NCBI RefSeq assembly: GCF_964204645.1 | Contig: NC_134026.1 | Coordinates: 1,759,950-1,823,949 of the forward strand | Reading direction: 5' to 3' | Source of the DNA: Tubulanus polymorphus | Taxonomy: Eukaryota > Animalia > Nemertea | Length of the DNA: 64,000 nt | Shown here: positions 60,333 through 64,000 of the stretch, one piece after another | Position numbering within the stretch: the stretch's first letter is position 1 | Layout of the letters: each line of letters starts with the position of its first letter | The notes under the pieces: model-generated | Told to the model about the DNA's origin: nothing | Databases searched by the model: none | Seen by the model: the letters and a program-made list of their open reading frames with translations, nothing else | Translations under genes and position numbers: made by a program

Positions 60333-63082
60333 CTGAAATGAGAAACAACATTTCAATATCGATTTTCATCCATAAACGCATCAAGTTCATGACTTGACAA
60401 CAGGAAACGCTTCAAATTATCAGGACAGATCTAGAGGTAACCTGATATATTCGAGAATTCTACGTTAGTGTCCTTTGAAATAAAGCGTTTCCCTCGATTG
60501 ACTATGAAAGCCTCCCTCTAAATGGTCCTATAAATTGTAGCGTTTATTTTGGATACTGGGAATACACTTCGTTAAGGCCCCTCAATTTTCGTTCGATACT
60601 GTCTAGCCCTGAACCCGGTTCCGCTGCTGATAATGAACTGGTAGAAATGAGAAAAGTGAAGTCCGATATTAATAAGACACGGACGAAGTTGTTTACACGA
60701 GCAGAATTGTAGACACATCAATAACACTAAAGACGAAGCGTGAACAAAATGATCACGCGACTGGCGCAAGAAATGACCATCTCCAAACTGACAAAATCAA
60801 GAGACTACAAACAACAATAGCAGTTGTGAAATTAAACACGTGAAGGAGATTGTCAATAGTTGACTGCGCAGTCCATCGAACTAACTGGTCATTCCAGTGG
60901 CTACCCTACAACTCATCCCGCGCTGCGCTCTACAAAAATACTCCCATCCATAAAAACTATTTTTCTTTTTTTTTCATGTACACATATGAATGATAAATGT
61001 GTTAGCGATGACGTTACCTCCGAGGTGTTTTATCTTTAAAAACAATCCGATTGGCGACAGGTTTCCACGTCGAGCTTAATTGGTTTTATCTACGACGAGG
61101 AAACTTTGCGACCGCCGAAGTTCACACTGAATAAATTATACGTTCGTTTGTAGTTGTTTTTGTTATCGTGAAACGCGTGTTTTATACTTTGTTTCCTCAT
61201 GATCCATCATTGTAGATATCGGTTTAAACGCTTCGGGGCTTCGTATCTGTAACATCGGACTATTGTTCGACGACCGCGTTTCCAGTCCGGTCCTCATAAT
61301 AGAGATACCCAAACGACACGATTACGGGCGCGATTACCGACTCGTACGTAAGCTACGAACGCAACCGCCCAATTTTTCGACGATTTCGTTTAATAAAGAA
61401 AAATTTGAACGCTGATCTTTGTGAATAGTCCCAACAGAAAACTCATCAATTAGATGAATATCAGCTATTAGAAACATTCAGTGCGCCGCAGGGAAGAACA
61501 TCTTCACCGCAAAATATAATCAGTAACACATCCTGCAACCAATATTCTATTTCCATTTATCATTGAGACTGTCACCTAAACTTTTCAAGAGTCGATTTCA
61601 AGCCAGAAATTCATTAAGAGATAACAACCGAAGCAGGTTATCTCCGCATGGAATAATTATCACCTACAAATATGGTAAAAGGTCATAAGTTTTGCATAAT
61701 TTACTATTTCATATTGAATATATCGCGAACATGGGCAACGTTCAAACATTTTCATCACAAAACCGATTCAAACGTCGTAAAGTTTATTAAAAAATCGTTT
61801 CAAAATGGCTGCAATCTTCACTTTTACTCCAAAATGAATTCAAATAATTTGCTCGTAACTTGTAATCAATTCGTCTGAAATTCAGAACGTTTCTGTAGTT
61901 TTATACGTATTTCACCAAACAAAGTGATCGATCATCCTCAAAAAGTTTCTCGTGTTAAACTGTTTATACTCGTTGGAAAATTTAAACTGGAACAAAATTC
62001 AACCCACTCTTCAATAAAACTATCATTATGAGAACTATTGAGATTTGGAATATTGGACATATTTATCTGAGGCCCTGTCAATGTGACAGCTTGCTTTATT
62101 TCAGTTTAAATGAAAACCTTTGTCAACGTTGTATATATACATGTCAAAGGAAAAACATTTTCTGATGAAATGAAGGGTGGATGTTACCCGTATATACATC
62201 TGCGACCATCTAATCTTCTTAAATTTCTGGCATTCATCAATTCAAGTATATTCAAAACGCATATATTTGCGAGTATAGATGACGGTATTTTATAGTCATC
62301 AGAGGAGACTACAGAAAAAAAACCTATCATTAATTTTGATGAAGAAACACCTGCTTTACTCGAGACACTAAGAAGCATTTTATTTAAAACATATCTATTC
62401 AATACAAATGGCGACACTTGTTAAACGTGAATGCAATAACTCCTCGCAATCAGATCTACGCATGCTGCTGGTTCTCGATAATCCGTCCCATCAGACAAAA
62501 AGGGACGACTTTATTTCTAGTTTAAATACATCGATTCTTCAATCATCATTAAAATCCAATACGTACAATACGCATTTAGTACGTCGATTAGTACGTCGAT
62601 AAGTCCGAGAGCAAAGAGTATTAAAACACATAATCCTCGAATCAGTAAAGAATAACTGCTAAATTATTGTGCCCTTTACAACTACCCGCAATAATACATA
62701 TACATTTATATCATCTAATTTCTTTCTACCGGTCTAGAATTTGAAACGAAATATCAAAACATGAGAAACCATAATTTTACTTTATCAAAAAAATTGTAAT
62801 TTTACTTAATCAAAAAATGTGATATTAAAACACAGCGAAACGTTTTCAAACATCCAAATTGTTTGAGGTCAGAGATTTGTTAGTGAAGGATTTTGAATGA
62901 TATAACTCGTCAATAGAAGAATGTCTATCCAGGTGGTGTAACAACATTTATCAAGCGAACAATTCAACACGATTATTTATGAACTAGGAAAATGTTTTTC
63001 ACGCCGCACGAGAAAAGCTTTTTATAAACTTTGCAAAATCAGTGGAAAAAGACATTTTCAGGTCATCGAAGCGAACGGACTG

Positions 63083-63146
63083 AGGACAATCGGTGAATCG
63101 GGCGGAGGACAATCGGTGAATCGGGCGGACGACAATCGGTGAATCG
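63083..63146. repeat. Tandem repeat, ~23-bp unit, about 3 copies
   Basis: GACAATCGGTGAATCGGGCGGA repeated. Confidence 0.8.
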
Positions 63147-64000
63147 ACGTTCATTCCAAAACGTTGAGTTCCGTTTAATAACTAATTTAGCGTCGGATAC
63201 GGCAGGAAACAGACGCAAGTTGAGAAAAATAAAAACTCGTTTTTACGGCGAAATGTCCGGCGCGTATTCAACGTTGACAGTCGACACCGACAACAAAACA
63301 AAGTCATTCATCATACGCGACTATATCCGAGCGGAACCGCCCTCCGTCCGCGACTATCAACTTAAACACATCGACATCGATGACATCAAAGACCTAAAGT
63401 CAGGCCGGTTAATAGACTTCATCGTCACCTGGGATACATTTTCCCAATAAAACGCATCAAAGTGTTAAACGTGACCCAAAGTTTGAAATTAGCCAAATAT
63501 AATCGTATGATGGTTAATTCAGATTATACACCTCACTAACCGCATCTAAAACATCGCTTTATTCAACACGTTCAGCGCCTCTGGCTATTTTTTGGCATCG
63601 TAAGAAGATGTATGAAGCTAATACGTGCACTTTAGTGCGTCGAGTGAAACCTCCAGAAACATCAAACTTAAGATCTTTCTTGGCCCGTGAAAATTTGTCG
63701 GAATTTTTTGTAATATTCACAACAGGGACGATCATAATGTGAATGGCTTAAATCCAAATGATGACTTAAGCCAGGTGTCGGTCGGCACCAGCGACTTCTA
63801 TTGACGCAATTCTTTGCGACTACCCCTAACGACTCGTCGACCTACACACCCGCGTCACTAACAGTCACCAGTGCTATGAATAGCACATAAATCACACTTA
63901 GTACTTATACAAATTGGGATTCAAAAATGGACAATCATTTTAGTTATGCGACGACTTAAGCATGTTTGACCATATACAGTTAATGTCAGCCGGTCGGGAG

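Noticed and set aside
62296-62423. Exon-like plus-strand open frame after TTTTATAG
   Set aside because: No upstream partner exon or protein similarity recognised
63139-63450. 103-aa plus-strand ORF upstream of the RNF220 exons
   Set aside because: Starts in a tandem repeat at a non-ATG codon, with no recognisable domain or splice partner

Overview
AT-rich, gene-dense genomic DNA from an invertebrate animal (short spliceosomal introns and a Fer2 bHLH gene; a lophotrochozoan origin is plausible but not provable). Eleven intron-containing genes can be reconstructed: XK-related scramblase (first exon only, -), two tandem L-threonine 3-dehydrogenase paralogs (+), Fer2 (-), PPM1G (-), NRBP pseudokinase (+), SAS-6 (-), two near-identical tandem carbonyl reductases (+), an annexin (+) and EFCAB14-like (+), plus the 3' part of RNF220 (-). 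There are three head-to-head promoters and many MITEs with clear TIRs and TSDs. Most notable: (1) EFCAB14 has two parallel, phase-matched promoter + cytosolic tail + TM modules feeding one lumenal body; (2) the second TDH keeps its catalytic residues but has rewritten threonine-binding motifs; (3) the CBR twins differ mainly in the substrate loop; (4) the annexin has alternative lipidated and non-lipidated N-termini; (5) RNF220 has a U12-type intron. No prokaryotic, CRISPR, rRNA or intact tRNA features were seen. Gene models were spliced by eye and need RNA confirmation.
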